A stretch of DNA of 63,221 nucleotides from an uncultured Planctomycetia bacterium. Its GTDB lineage: Bacteria > Omnitrophota > Gorgyraeia > Tantalellales > Tantalellaceae. The notes below the pieces were generated by a model that worked only from the letters and a program-made list of their open reading frames with translations, was not told the origin of the DNA and did not search any database. The translations under genes were made by a program, and so were the position numbers. The DNA lies in assembly GCA_964409365.1 (NCBI GenBank), contig CAYPCX010000005.1, positions 1 through 63,221 of the forward strand, written 5' to 3'. Numbering within the stretch: the first letter of the stretch is position 1; the number at the start of each line of letters is the position of its first letter. Below are positions 36,008 to 46,133 of this stretch, piece after piece.

Positions 36008-36912
36008 ATCGCAAGTTCTTTGCCGGTGAGGATGCTGTACGCCTGGAGATACTTTTCAGACGTCTTTGATACGATATCCTCGGGAAGTTCCGGACCCGGG
36101 GGAGTTTTGTCCCAGTCCAGCGTCTCGAGATAATCCCTGACGAACTGTTTGTCGAAACTTTTCTGGGGACCGCCCGGAGAATATTCGTCCTTCGGCCAGA
36201 ACCTTGAAGAGTCAGGGGTAAGGACCTCATCCATGAGGATGATCTTTCCCTCCACTTTACCGAACTCGAATTTCGTATCCGCTATGATGATGCCTTTCGA
36301 ATCGGCGTAATCCCTGGCCTTGGCGTAGATAGCGATGCTTGTGTCCTTGAGAAAGGTGAAAACATCGTCGCCGACCATCTTTTTCATCTCGTCCTGGGAT
36401 ATGTTCTCGTCATGGCCGGTCTCGGCCTTTGTAGCGGGAGTGAATATGGGCCCCGGCAGCTTATCGGACTGGCGAAGACCTTCAGGCAGTTTTATATTAC
36501 AAACGCTGCCGGTCTTCCGGTAGTCCTTCCATCCGGATCCCGATATATATCCTCTCACTACACACTCCACGGGCATGGGTTCCGCCTTCCTGACGAGCAT
36601 GGACCTGCCCTCCAGCATGCCCCGGTAAGACCCGAGTTTCGGCTCGGCCGCTATTATCCGGTCCACATCCACCGTTATCACGTGGTTATCGACCACGTCT
36701 TTCAGGAAATCGAACCAGAACGCCGAGATCATGTTCAGGACGCGGCCCTTGTTCGGTATGCCGTTCGCCATCACGACGTCGAACGCCGATATCCTGTCGC
36801 TCGCCACGAACAGCAGCTTATCCCCGAGATCATAAACATTGCGGACCTTTCCCTTCTTGAAGAGAGGTACATCTGAAAGATCAGGTGACATCAAGGGTTT
36901 TGTGGTTTCCAT
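36004..36912 (-). CDS. purC: SAICAR synthetase
   Basis: [46 protein letters not shown]. Confidence 0.96.
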   Translation of the reverse strand: METTKPLMSPDLSDVPLFKKGKVRNVYDLGDKLLFVASDRISAFDVVMANGIPNKGRVLNMISAFWFDFLKDVVDNHVITVDVDRIIAAEPKLGSYRGMLEGRSMLVRKAEPMPVECVVRGYISGSGWKDYRKTGSVCNIKLPEGLRQSDKLPGPIFTPATKAETGHDENISQDEMKKMVGDDVFTFLKDTSIAIYAKARDYADSKGIIIADTKFEFGKVEGKIILMDEVLTPDSSRFWPKDEYSPGGPQKSFDKQFVRDYLETLDWDKTPPGPELPEDIVSKTSEKYLQAYSILTGKELAI

Positions 36913-36928
36913 GATAATGCTCCTTGTT

Positions 36929-38857
36929 TCATCGTCGATCGCTGAATTTTGACCGCCCCTGGTGCTCTCTTTCCAGAACGAACGGCGACACGTAATCCCC
37001 GTGTTTCTTCCGGCATTCCTCGAGGCGTTCTTTCTGGTCCTGCATGGCTTTCATGAAAGCGTGCGGCGTGTCGAAGACCTTCGCGTGGTATATCTCCATC
37101 ATCCTGTCCTTTTTGGCCAGGCGCTCGGGAATGCGCAGGGTGAACTGCTCCTCGTACTCTTCTTTTGTATATTCCTTATTGTGGACCTCTTTGAAAAGCC
37201 TTTTCAGGTCATTGTATTTCGGTATATATCCTGTCGGCGCTTTTATCGCGTCCACCTCCCCGTTGACGCGAAGTTCCATCCACTTTACCCATACATGCTT
37301 GTCTTTTATGCCGTTGAGATATTTGCCGTCCTTGCCCCTGAGAAAGTAGTTCACGTGGAATACAAGAGGAGGTTTCGAAACGTCCTCGACTATATCCAGG
37401 TTGTTCTGGATGTACCTCCCGATAGGTATAGAGAGAAAATCCAGGTTGGCCATGAGGTTGAACACCCTCACGCCCTCCTTGCCGAGCGTGGCGGCCGTCG
37501 TTTCGGATTCTATGGTAGAGGCCTGGGTAAGGATCCCGTGCTCCCAGTCAAATGACTGTTCCACGGGCATGCTTGTATCAGAATCCCTGCCGCCGTATAT
37601 TATCCCGCCTACCTCCACGCCATCGGGGTTTTCCAGATTTTTATCGCAATTCTTGAGGGTATCTATCCTGATAGTATACCGCGCGTTCTTGTGGGCATAC
37701 GGCACCTCTTTGTCGTCCGGCCCCTTTTTCCCGGGAGCCCATTCCCCTGAAAAATTGACGCCCCTCTTGGGCGCGGGTCTCCCGTCGCCGAGCCAGCGGG
37801 GGTCGTTCTTGTCGTCCACCAGGACATTGGAGAAAATGACCTCGCCGGGCGTGGTGAGCGCCTCGAAGATGGACGGGTCGTTCTCCATGCTCACGTCCTG
37901 TATGATGCCGAATATCCCTCTTTCTACGTTGACCGCGCGTACCTTGCCGCCGATCTGGCGGAGATACGCTATGTCATCCCCTATTATCGTCTCTCCTTCG
38001 AGCATGGCCGTCGCTGTTTTCCCGCAGGCTGACGGGAACGAACCCGTAAAGTAAGTGACCCTTTTTTTGTCGGGTCCGTGTACGCCCATTACGAACATGT
38101 GTTCGGTCAGCCAGCCTTCTTCAGACGCCCGTTTTATAGCAAGCCGCATGGCGAGCTTTTTCAATCCCACGGTATTGCCGGCATACTGCGTGTTGGCGCT
38201 GAAGACCATCTCTTCCTCCAGGTCTATGTACACCCTGCGGTGATAAACATCGCTGCTTACCGTGCCGTCAAGTTCACCTGCCGTGTGGACGAACCGGAAG
38301 AACCTTCCGGAGCCCCCCATCTTGCGGAACTGGTCGTACCCGCTCCTGTACAGTATGTCCTCCGAATGAGCCACGTAAGTGGAATCTGTTATCTGGACCG
38401 CCGGGGTCGAGAACACCGAATCGGTGGGCCCGAGGCAGAAAAAGCACACGTACATCTCTTTGCCCTGCATGGCGTTCTCGAAGAGCCCATGCACTTCTTC
38501 CAGCCCTTTATCGCGGTCTTCGGACTTTATATCCGACCCGAGCACTTCATCGGGCCTCAGAAGATATTTTGTGTTGGCCTTATCCCTGGCCTGGTCATAG
38601 TAACCGTCAAAATGTATGGTATGCCCTCGCGTGGCCAGGGGTTTTTCTTCCCCGATCCCAATGGACCTGTTACGGATATATTCCGCGTCCTTTCTCGAAT
38701 CGGTCCTGACAAAAACAGAGCCCGGGTTGAAAAGGGTCACATATTTTGCCACGAAATCGTGGAGTTTGGTGTTGTCTATAGCGGCCAATTTTTCATAGTT
38801 TTCCGTGCCGCACTTTTTCTTCAATATCTCAAGACTCTTCGACACCACTACCTCCAT
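36929..38857 (-). CDS. pckG: GTP-dependent phosphoenolpyruvate carboxykinase
   Basis: [38 protein letters not shown]. The start is at 38857 or one of the nearby GTGs (38848/38845). Confidence 0.92.
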   Translation of the reverse strand: MEVVVSKSLEILKKKCGTENYEKLAAIDNTKLHDFVAKYVTLFNPGSVFVRTDSRKDAEYIRNRSIGIGEEKPLATRGHTIHFDGYYDQARDKANTKYLLRPDEVLGSDIKSEDRDKGLEEVHGLFENAMQGKEMYVCFFCLGPTDSVFSTPAVQITDSTYVAHSEDILYRSGYDQFRKMGGSGRFFRFVHTAGELDGTVSSDVYHRRVYIDLEEEMVFSANTQYAGNTVGLKKLAMRLAIKRASEEGWLTEHMFVMGVHGPDKKRVTYFTGSFPSACGKTATAMLEGETIIGDDIAYLRQIGGKVRAVNVERGIFGIIQDVSMENDPSIFEALTTPGEVIFSNVLVDDKNDPRWLGDGRPAPKRGVNFSGEWAPGKKGPDDKEVPYAHKNARYTIRIDTLKNCDKNLENPDGVEVGGIIYGGRDSDTSMPVEQSFDWEHGILTQASTIESETTAATLGKEGVRVFNLMANLDFLSIPIGRYIQNNLDIVEDVSKPPLVFHVNYFLRGKDGKYLNGIKDKHVWVKWMELRVNGEVDAIKAPTGYIPKYNDLKRLFKEVHNKEYTKEEYEEQFTLRIPERLAKKDRMMEIYHAKVFDTPHAFMKAMQDQKERLEECRKKHGDYVSPFVLEREHQGRSKFSDRR

Positions 38858-38943
38858 TTCATGTGAAACAAACCTGATCCTATCTGCGCTGCTGAAAATA
38901 AGATGATATATGTTATAATAATATGGTTCGGGTGTCAATGTTT

Positions 38944-38971
38944 CAGAGAACAGAAGACAGAGAACAGAAAA
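38944..38971. repeat. Heptamer array CAGAGAA/CAGAAGA x4
   Basis: CAGAGAA CAGAAGA CAGAGAA CAGAAAA immediately before the nfi ATG. Confidence 0.7.
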
Positions 38972-38973
38972 AA

Positions 38974-39636
38974 ATGCGTTATCACGATCTCCATAAATGG
39001 GATATTTCGCCCCGGGAGGCCATACGGCTTCAGGAAAAATTGCGGGAAAAGGTCGTCCTCAGGAAGATCCCCGTCAGTAAGGTCCGGCGAATAGCGGGCG
39101 TGGACGTCTCGGTGAAGGACGACCGTTCGAAAGCCGCCATCGTAGTGCTTTCCTACCCCGGCCTCGAAATAATAGAAACGGCCGTCGCCACCGCGAAAGT
39201 ACCGTTCCCTTATGTTCCAGGGCTCCTTTCCTTTCGGGAAGGCCCGGTCATACTCAAATGCGTGAAAAAACTTAAAACGGAACCCGACCTCTTCGTTTTC
39301 GACGGCCAGGGACTTGCCCATCCCCGAAGAATAGGCCTTGCCACGCACATGGGGCTTATCCTCGCAAAGCCCAGCATAGGCTCCGCGAAAAGCCACCTGT
39401 ACGGGAATTTCAAAATGCCAGGCCGGAAAAAAAGATCGTATTCACTGATCACGGATAAGGACGGATCTTCTATCGGCGCTGTCGTCAGGACGCGCGACGC
39501 CACCAATCCCGTTTTTGTCTCGCCGGGGCATCTCGCGGATATAACCTCGTCCGTGAACGTCATCCTCGCGTGTTCCCCCATATACAAGATCCCCGAGCCG
39601 ATCCGCGCCGCCCACAACGCGGCCTCCCTGACCTAG
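38974..39636 (+). CDS. nfi: Endonuclease V (deoxyinosine 3' endonuclease)
   Basis: AGVDVS, FPYVPGLLSFREGP, DGQGLAHPRRIGLATH, IGSAKS, VFVSPGH, PEPIRAAH. Confidence 0.95.
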   Translation: MRYHDLHKWDISPREAIRLQEKLREKVVLRKIPVSKVRRIAGVDVSVKDDRSKAAIVVLSYPGLEIIETAVATAKVPFPYVPGLLSFREGPVILKCVKKLKTEPDLFVFDGQGLAHPRRIGLATHMGLILAKPSIGSAKSHLYGNFKMPGRKKRSYSLITDKDGSSIGAVVRTRDATNPVFVSPGHLADITSSVNVILACSPIYKIPEPIRAAHNAASLT

Positions 39637-39742
39637 GTTTCAGGTCTCAGGTATTAGGTTTCAGGCTTTTGAAAAAAACGTGTCTTCTTCCTCCACCTGA
39701 CACCCGACACCCGATACCCGACACCTGAGACCCTTGACCCTG
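39635..39742. repeat. Two oppositely oriented heptamer arrays (AGGTYTC x4 and CC(C/T)GAYA x6)
   Basis: 39635-39662 and 39696-39742; GGTCTCAGG and CCTGAGACC are reverse complements. Confidence 0.75.
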
Positions 39743-39769
39743 CGCCGCTTTGGTTATATAATCAACCTG

Positions 39770-40174
39770 ATGAAAAATCCCGTTTCGATCAAATATTTGA
39801 TCCCGGTACTCGCGGCCTGTCTTCTCTGTGGGGGATGCGCCCATTATTCCACCGACCTATGGGCCATACCGGGAAGAAGCATAAAAGACCTCGAGCAGGT
39901 CCGGGACCAGGGCGTCACGAAAGAGGTCCCCCTCCCCTATAACGAGGCCTACGACAAGGTCTTGCAGATCCTCAGGGACAAAAAGCTCACCATCTTCATG
40001 GAAGATAGAGGAAGAGGCTACATCGTGGCCATGGGCTTTCACAAACAGGTCGACACGACGCGCGTAGGCATCTTCTTCGAACAGTCATCGGAAACAAGCA
40101 CAACAGTAACACTTAGCTCGCTGAGCAGCACGGCCCTCGCGAAAGCGGACGCCATCATCTTGGGCAACCTGTAG
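39770..40174 (+). CDS. Hypothetical lipoprotein
   Basis: Lipobox-like LLCGGC after a hydrophobic signal; small alpha/beta domain. Confidence 0.7.
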   Translation: MKNPVSIKYLIPVLAACLLCGGCAHYSTDLWAIPGRSIKDLEQVRDQGVTKEVPLPYNEAYDKVLQILRDKKLTIFMEDRGRGYIVAMGFHKQVDTTRVGIFFEQSSETSTTVTLSSLSSTALAKADAIILGNL

Positions 40175-40184
40175 AAGGAGCAAC

Positions 40185-40745
40185 ATGAAGTACGCGATCG
40201 ACATCCGTACGGGAAACCTCCTTCTGATCGACGGTAAGATCTTCAAGGTCGAAGAGGTCGAGGTCAAAGGCTCCGCCAAAGTCCACAAGACCGTCAATAT
40301 CAAGATGCGCAGCATCCTTGACGGCAAGTTCATGGAGCATACCTACCACCAGGAAGACAAACTCGACGAAGCGGACGTGTCGAACAGGTACTCGACGTAC
40401 TCGTACAAGGATGGCGAAACGTTCGTCTTTCTCGACGAAGAGACTTACGAGAATTACACCGTGAGCAAAGAGATGATCGGTGAAAGGGAAGTCTTCCTTA
40501 AAGAGAACCAGAGATACCAGGTAAGCGTTTACGAAGGCCGGCCCATAGACGTCATCTTCCCCGAACGCGTCCGTCTCAAGGTCGTGACCTCCCCTCCCGG
40601 CATAAAACAGCACGACTCCACGACAGCCAAGGAGATCACTCTCGAGAACGGCATGAAGATCGACGCGCCGCAGTTCATCGAGGAAGGCGACATAGTGGAG
40701 GTGGACTCGAATACCGGCAAGTACATCGACCGCATCCAGGAGTGA
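40185..40745 (+). CDS. efp: Elongation factor P family protein with atypical tip loop (GSAKV)
   Basis: KOW-OB-OB layout; FVFLDEETYE; TSPPG...KEITLENG...PQFIEEGDIVEVDSNTGKYIDR. Confidence 0.85.
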   Translation: MKYAIDIRTGNLLLIDGKIFKVEEVEVKGSAKVHKTVNIKMRSILDGKFMEHTYHQEDKLDEADVSNRYSTYSYKDGETFVFLDEETYENYTVSKEMIGEREVFLKENQRYQVSVYEGRPIDVIFPERVRLKVVTSPPGIKQHDSTTAKEITLENGMKIDAPQFIEEGDIVEVDSNTGKYIDRIQE

Positions 40746-40891
40746 CCGGGTCTCAGGTGTCAGAAGACAGACGACAGAAGACAGAGGGAAGTGTCAGAGT
40801 GTCATCGCTCGCTTCGCTCGCTAGTGTCAAAGTGTCATACATGTACTGAAAGGTACAGGTTTCAGGTCTCAGGTTGCAGGTTTCAGGTAAG
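40746..40891. repeat. Compound heptamer array plus CGCTCGCTTCGCTCGC motif
   Basis: CAGAAGA-, AGTGTCA- and AGGTTTC-type units between the convergent efp and lipoate ligase genes. Confidence 0.75.
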
Positions 40892-41620
40892 TTAAAAAGC
40901 GAAATTCCATTCGTCCTTTGAATACTTCGATGCCACTAGCCCGTCGAGTTGATCAAGAAAATTTTTATCCGGTCTCCATCCAGAAATGTCCTGGGGTAAA
41001 AAAGCCCCCTTTATGACATTTCTGACCTCAGTGGGAGTGATCGGTATATTGACCATAAAATTTTCGTGCGAGCGGCCGCTGCGGTATTCTGGTTCCGTAT
41101 CAGGATGGCTCAGGTAACCAGAAACCTTTCCGATATCCAGACCACACAGAAAGGTCCCATGATGAAGAAAAAATCTGCGCTTCCTGGCTTGCGCATTGCC
41201 TGATATTTTTTTCCCGTCCAGAGCAAGGTCGGATAGTGGATAAAATCTTACGTCAAAACTCTTTTTCCCCAACCCATCCGAGATCTTGCCAAGAATATCC
41301 CGGTAAGAATCCCTTATATTCCTGTATCGCTCACTCCTGTCATAAGAAAGGACCAGTGTATAATTAAAACACCCCGGACCTTGCAATACTGTACCGCCCC
41401 CGGATATGCGCCGTATTATCTTTAGTCCATCCTGCCTGCATCTTTCCAAATGGCAATCAGCGCCCACTTCTCTTGCTCTGCCTAATACCACGAAAAAAGA
41501 AGGCGGATCCCAAAACCAGATAGTCTCCCCTATCTGTCCTGATTCCGCCTTTATCAATAACAGTTCATCAAATGCAATTGCTTCTTCGGGAGTTTTGGGG
41601 GTATATCTTGCAAGTTTCAT
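40892..41620 (-). CDS. Lipoate-protein ligase A / octanoyltransferase family protein
   Basis: FDELLL, VVLGR, RRISGGGTVLQGPGCFNY, GKKISGNAQ, HHGTFL. Confidence 0.88.
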   Translation of the reverse strand: MKLARYTPKTPEEAIAFDELLLIKAESGQIGETIWFWDPPSFFVVLGRAREVGADCHLERCRQDGLKIIRRISGGGTVLQGPGCFNYTLVLSYDRSERYRNIRDSYRDILGKISDGLGKKSFDVRFYPLSDLALDGKKISGNAQARKRRFFLHHGTFLCGLDIGKVSGYLSHPDTEPEYRSGRSHENFMVNIPITPTEVRNVIKGAFLPQDISGWRPDKNFLDQLDGLVASKYSKDEWNFAF

Positions 41621-41632
41621 AAAGGTTTCTTC

Positions 41633-41665
41633 CCTGAGACCTGTTACCTGAGGCCTGAAACCTGA
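41633..41665. repeat. Heptamer array CCTGANA x5, inverted relative to 40857-40891
   Basis: CCTGAGA CCTGTTA CCTGAGG CCTGAAA CCTGA, abutting the gcvPB stop. Confidence 0.75.
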
Positions 41666-43114
41666 CTACGGCAGGCATGCCAGGTCCATGTCTTTGGCTG
41701 CTTTAACTTCGTCAGGCCTGCGGACCGGGGCTTTTTCCGGGAACTCCTTGAAAACCTCGGGATCTTTTTCGGCGAGTTCCGCCAGTTCGATCATGACCTC
41801 GATGAACCGGTCGAGCGTCTCTTTCGACTCGGTCTCGGTAGGTTCTATCATCATGGCTTCCTTCACTATGAGCGGGAAATACACCGTGGGCGGGTGGATG
41901 CCCTTGTCGATGAGGGCCTTCGCGATATCGAGCGCGCGGACGCCCTTTTCGGCCTGGCGGGAAGCCGACAGGACGAACTCATGAAGACAGTTGCGTTCAT
42001 ACGGTATATCATAGCATTTTTTGAGCCGTTCCTTGACGTAATTCGCGTTCAGGACCGCGTTCTCGCTCACCTCGACCAGTCCCTCTCTCCCCAGAAGGAG
42101 TATATACGCATACGCTTTGAGCATCACGGCAAAATTGCCGTAGAAGGGGGACATGAACCCTATCGAAAGAGGCCTGTCATAATCAAGGGCGAAGGTCCCG
42201 TCCTCCCTCTTGATCACCCGTGAAACAGGCAGATACGGCGCCAAGTCTCCCTTGACGCCTACCGGGCCTGACCCGGGGCCACCGCTGCCATGAGGGGTAG
42301 CGAACGTCTTGTGCAGGTTAAGATGGACCACATCGAACCCCAGATCACCGGGACGCGCCTTCCCCATTATCGCGTTCAGGTTCGCGCCGTCGTAATACAC
42401 CAGGCAATCCACCTTATGCGCGAGATCCGATATCTTTTTTATATGCGGATTGAAGACGCCCAGCGTGTTCGGGCAGGTCAGCATGACCGCGGCCGTTTCT
42501 TCGTTCAGCTCGGCCCTGTACTCATCGAGGTCCATCACGCCGTGCTCGTCCGAACGGATGGTCTTGACCTCGTAACCGGCTATCGCGGCCGACGCTGGAT
42601 TGGTGCCGTGCCCCGAATCCGGTATAAGTACGTACTTTTTCCTGTTCCCCTTATGCCGGTGATAAGCGGCTATTACCATTATCCCGGTGAGCTCGCCGTG
42701 GGCGCCGGCCATCGGGTGGCAGGTGTATTCGTCCATGCCGGTTATCTCGCACAGGGCCTTTTCCAGATTATAGATGATCTCAAGCGCGCCCTGCGTGAGC
42801 ATCGCTCCCATGATAAGCTGGGGATACAACGGATGCAGGGAAACGAACTCCTCCATAGCGGCTATTTTTTCGGTGAACTTAGGGTTGTACTTCATAGTGC
42901 AGGAACCGAGAGGATAAAAATGCGAATCGACGCCGAAGTTCCTCTTGGAAAGGTTGGTAAAATGCCGGATGACGTCGAGTTCCGAAACCGAAGGCAGTTC
43001 CGCGTCCTTTTTCCTCACGAACTTCTTATCCAGTTCGGCATCGGCCGGAACGTCTTTTGCCGGCAGGGTCAAACCCTTCCTTCCATGCCTGGACTTCTCG
43101 AATATCAGCTCCAT
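41666..43114 (-). CDS. gcvPB: Glycine dehydrogenase (decarboxylating) subunit 2
   Basis: [32 protein letters not shown]-Lys motif [18 protein letters not shown]. Confidence 0.96.
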   Translation of the reverse strand: MELIFEKSRHGRKGLTLPAKDVPADAELDKKFVRKKDAELPSVSELDVIRHFTNLSKRNFGVDSHFYPLGSCTMKYNPKFTEKIAAMEEFVSLHPLYPQLIMGAMLTQGALEIIYNLEKALCEITGMDEYTCHPMAGAHGELTGIMVIAAYHRHKGNRKKYVLIPDSGHGTNPASAAIAGYEVKTIRSDEHGVMDLDEYRAELNEETAAVMLTCPNTLGVFNPHIKKISDLAHKVDCLVYYDGANLNAIMGKARPGDLGFDVVHLNLHKTFATPHGSGGPGSGPVGVKGDLAPYLPVSRVIKREDGTFALDYDRPLSIGFMSPFYGNFAVMLKAYAYILLLGREGLVEVSENAVLNANYVKERLKKCYDIPYERNCLHEFVLSASRQAEKGVRALDIAKALIDKGIHPPTVYFPLIVKEAMMIEPTETESKETLDRFIEVMIELAELAEKDPEVFKEFPEKAPVRRPDEVKAAKDMDLACLP

Positions 43115-44451
43115 AGAGCTTCCTCCAGGGCGTTCGCGAACTGCGAGATCTCCTGTTTGGTCCTCTTCTCCGTGACCGCCACGAGCAGGTAGTTCTCCAT
43201 GCCCTTGTAATACCTTTCAAGCGGGAAACCCGCGGCTATACCTTTCGTTATCAGCTTGCCTATGACCTCACTCGTCCTTTTAGGCAGTTTGATTATGAAC
43301 TCGTTAAAAGTGGGCCACTTTTTCACTTCCACGCCTTTTATCTCTCCGAGCCTTTCCTTGGTATATTCCGCCTTGTCCATGCAAAGCTGCGCCGTCTTCC
43401 GGAGCCCGGCCTTCCCCAAAAGACACATGTAAATAAGCGCGCGCAAGGCGCACAAAGCCTCATTGGAACATATGTTTGACGTAGCCTTTTCCCGGCGTAT
43501 GTGCTGCTCCCTCGCCTGCAGGGTAAGGACGAACGCCCTTCTTCCGTCCTCATCCCTGGTAGCTCCCACGATCCTGCCGGGCATCTTGCGTACCAGTTCT
43601 TTCCTGGTCGCCATGAACCCAAGATAGGGGCCGCCGAAGGAAAGCGGTATCCCGAGGCTTTGCCCTTCCCCGGTGACTATATCCGCCCCCATTTCTCTCG
43701 GCGTCTTAAGAAGTCCCAGGGCTATGGGATACACGCTCTCGATCACCAGTATGCCTTTTTCACGGCACCGCCGGGCTATATCACTGTGATCATCCACCGT
43801 CCCGAAAAAATTAGGGTTCTGGAGTATCACGGCCGCGGTTTTTTTATCAAGATATTTATCTATCTCGTCGCGGTATTTGTCCCTGCCGCTGTGAAAGAGG
43901 GGCGTCTCGACGAACTCGATAGAAAGATTGCTTGTATATGAACGTATCATCTTCCTGTAGACAGGATTGACGGCACCGTCCATTATGACCTTGTTCCTCC
44001 CGGTCAGCCGCAACGCCATCATGACCGCCTCATAAAGCGCTGTTCCCCCGTCGTAAAGCGACGCGTTGGAGACCTCCATGTCCGTAAGCCGGCATATACA
44101 GCTCTGGTACTCATATATGGCTTGCAAGGTGCCCTGCGACGCTTCCGGCTGGTAAGGGGTATAGGCGGTATAGAACTCCGAACGTGACGCTACGGCATCC
44201 ACCGCGGCGGGGATATAGTGGTCATAGAAGCCTCCCCCCACAAAATTGACGAGGTCCGTAGCATTCTTCGAGGCCAGGCCTTTCAGGTACTTGACGACCT
44301 CGAATTCCGACCTCCCCGGCGGGAGGTCAAAAGAACGCGCTCTCAGTTCGGACGGTATGACGGAAAAAAGCTCTTCGACTTCGTCCGAGCCCGCCCCGAT
44401 GGCTTCCAGCATCTGGATCTTTTCTTCGGGAGTATGGGAAATATAGCTCAT
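43105..44451 (-). CDS. gcvPA: Glycine dehydrogenase (decarboxylating) subunit 1
   Basis: [42 protein letters not shown]; ATG 44451 overlaps the gcvH stop. Confidence 0.95.
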   Translation of the reverse strand: MSYISHTPEEKIQMLEAIGAGSDEVEELFSVIPSELRARSFDLPPGRSEFEVVKYLKGLASKNATDLVNFVGGGFYDHYIPAAVDAVASRSEFYTAYTPYQPEASQGTLQAIYEYQSCICRLTDMEVSNASLYDGGTALYEAVMMALRLTGRNKVIMDGAVNPVYRKMIRSYTSNLSIEFVETPLFHSGRDKYRDEIDKYLDKKTAAVILQNPNFFGTVDDHSDIARRCREKGILVIESVYPIALGLLKTPREMGADIVTGEGQSLGIPLSFGGPYLGFMATRKELVRKMPGRIVGATRDEDGRRAFVLTLQAREQHIRREKATSNICSNEALCALRALIYMCLLGKAGLRKTAQLCMDKAEYTKERLGEIKGVEVKKWPTFNEFIIKLPKRTSEVIGKLITKGIAAGFPLERYYKGMENYLLVAVTEKRTKQEISQFANALEEALWS

Positions 44452-44834
44452 CAGCCCTGCTCGTTGAGGTATTCCTGGTACGCCGCCGCGTCCAGAAGGC
44501 TCTTTTGTTCCCCAAGGTCGGATACGCTTACCCGGCATATCCACCCGTCGCCGTAAGGCGAACTGTTTATCGTCTCGGGACTCTCCCTGAGGACCTCGTT
44601 GACCTCCAGAACCTTCCCCGAAAGGGGCGCATATACATCACTGGCCGCCTTTACCGATTCGACCGTGGCCACGCTGTCGGACTGTTTGACCTCAGCGTCC
44701 TTCTGGGGAAGCTCCACAAAAGTTATGTCCCCGAGTTCGGACTGGGCGTGGTCCGTGATACCCACCACGGCTTCATTACCCTCTATTCGCACCCATTCAT
44801 GCTCTTTGGTATATTTCAGTTCCCGCGGTATCAT
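44451..44834 (-). CDS. gcvH: Glycine cleavage system H protein
   Basis: YTKEHEW, GITDHAQ, lipoyl-Lys VESVKAAS, INSSPYGDGW. Confidence 0.96.
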   Translation of the reverse strand: MIPRELKYTKEHEWVRIEGNEAVVGITDHAQSELGDITFVELPQKDAEVKQSDSVATVESVKAASDVYAPLSGKVLEVNEVLRESPETINSSPYGDGWICRVSVSDLGEQKSLLDAAAYQEYLNEQG

Positions 44835-44843
44835 CCTGCCTCC

Positions 44844-44920
44844 TTGCTCTCTATTCCTTACTCTCTACTCCCTACTCCATACTTGACACTTGATACTTGA
44901 TACTTGATACTTGATACTTA
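44844..44920. repeat. Compound heptamer array: 5 YTAYTCY-type plus 6 ATACTTG-type units in one register
   Basis: Eleven consecutive 7-mers; the last unit contains the gcvT stop. Confidence 0.85.
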
Positions 44921-45994
44921 ACGCTTGTATACCGGTATATCCTTTATGGTCGCCTTTATTTCCGTCTTCCCGTCCGTGAGAAGCACCTCACCCCCGTCAC
45001 CGGTAAGGTTCTTATCAATATAGCACAGACCTATGCCTCTTTTCAAACACGGAGAAAAAGCGCCGCTGGTGACCTCTCCCACTTTCTTTTCACCCACATG
45101 AACTTCAAAACCTTTCCTCGCGCTCCTTCTGCCCTCGCAAATGAAACCCGCCAAAAGCAGCTTGAATCCCTCATCCTCCTGCTGCAGAAGCGCGTCTTTT
45201 CCAAGAAAAGACTTCTCCATGCCGACGAACCTTCCCAGATTCGCTTCAAAAGGGGTATGCGCTTCATCTATATCGTTACCGTAGAGAGCATAACCCATCT
45301 CCAGCCTGAGGGTGTCGCGCGCGCCGAGCCCGACGGGCTTCACACCACCCGTCTTCAAGAGCATATCCCAAATATCCGGCGCTCGTTCCGCCTGGAAGAA
45401 AAGCTCAAAGCCAAGTTCGCCCGTATAGCCGGTACGGCTGACTATCGTGTCCATCCCGCCTATTTTGCACCACGCGAAGTGGTACCTCTTTATTCCCGAG
45501 ACCGCGCCCTTACCGACAAGCGAGGCAACAACGTCACCCGATAACGGTCCCTGAACGTCCAGCTTGGCCGTCTTTGCGGATACATCCCGGAGCTCGGTGC
45601 CGGCGGAGATGTTCTTTTCTATCCATGCCCGGTCCTTGTCCGTGGTCCCGGCGTTCACGACCAGAAGGAACTCGTGCCTCGAGAGACAGAAAACTATGAG
45701 ATCATCGATCACGCCGCCCGCCTCGTTCAGGATAAAACCGTAACTGCATTTTCCCACGGGCATATCACCTATCCGTCGGGTCATGAGTTTTTCCAGATCA
45801 CCAGCGGCGGTCTCCCCCCGCAGGATGAACTCGCCCATATGGCAGATGTCAAAAAGTCCCGCGGCCGTCCTGGTGTGGATATGCTCCTCTATTATGCCCG
45901 TGTACTGGACCGGCATATACCATCCCGAAAAAGGGACCATTCTGGCTCCCGCCTCAAGATGCTTGTCATAAAGAGGGGTCTTTTTTAGATCCAT
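44918..45994 (-). CDS. gcvT: Glycine cleavage system aminomethyltransferase T
   Basis: KTPLYDKH, FSGWYMPVQY, GLFDICHMGE, SRTGYTGELGFE, GLGARDTLRLEMG. Confidence 0.96.
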   Translation of the reverse strand: MDLKKTPLYDKHLEAGARMVPFSGWYMPVQYTGIIEEHIHTRTAAGLFDICHMGEFILRGETAAGDLEKLMTRRIGDMPVGKCSYGFILNEAGGVIDDLIVFCLSRHEFLLVVNAGTTDKDRAWIEKNISAGTELRDVSAKTAKLDVQGPLSGDVVASLVGKGAVSGIKRYHFAWCKIGGMDTIVSRTGYTGELGFELFFQAERAPDIWDMLLKTGGVKPVGLGARDTLRLEMGYALYGNDIDEAHTPFEANLGRFVGMEKSFLGKDALLQQEDEGFKLLLAGFICEGRRSARKGFEVHVGEKKVGEVTSGAFSPCLKRGIGLCYIDKNLTGDGGEVLLTDGKTEIKATIKDIPVYKR

Positions 45995-46032
45995 TGAATA
46001 AATAAGGATAAATCGACACAGATAGGCCAAAA

Positions 46033-46101
46033 ACCCAGGCGTGCGGCTTTTGGCGTTTTGCTCCCTCGTGGTTACCCACTTGAAAACGCCAGTTGCACCT
46101 C
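46033..46101 (-). promoter_or_regulatory. ZMP/ZTP (pfl) riboswitch
   Basis: The minus strand reads GGTGCAACTGGCGTTTTCAAGTGGGTAACCACGAGGGAGCAAAACGCCAAAAGCCGCACGCCTGGG, matching the pfl consensus blocks ACUGGCG / GUGGGnAACCAC / GGGAGC / GCCGnnCGCCUGGG. Confidence 0.88.
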
Positions 46102-46105
46102 TTTC

Positions 46106-46133
46106 ATTATAAAATATTCGTCTATCTTGTCAA
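46106..46133 (-). promoter_or_regulatory. Sigma70 promoter of the gcv operon
   Basis: TTGACA (46133-46128), 16-nt spacer, TATAAT (46111-46106), directly ahead of the riboswitch. Confidence 0.8.

Noticed and set aside
40185-41620. Lipoate ligase as a new EF-P lysine-modifying enzyme
   Set aside because: The genes are convergent, and the ligase is simply explained as the last gene of the gcv/lipA cluster acting on GcvH; adjacency alone is not evidence.
45995-46105. Glycine riboswitch upstream of gcvT
   Set aside because: No GGAGA...CCGAAG...CUCUCAGG aptamer; the leader matches the ZMP/ZTP motif instead.
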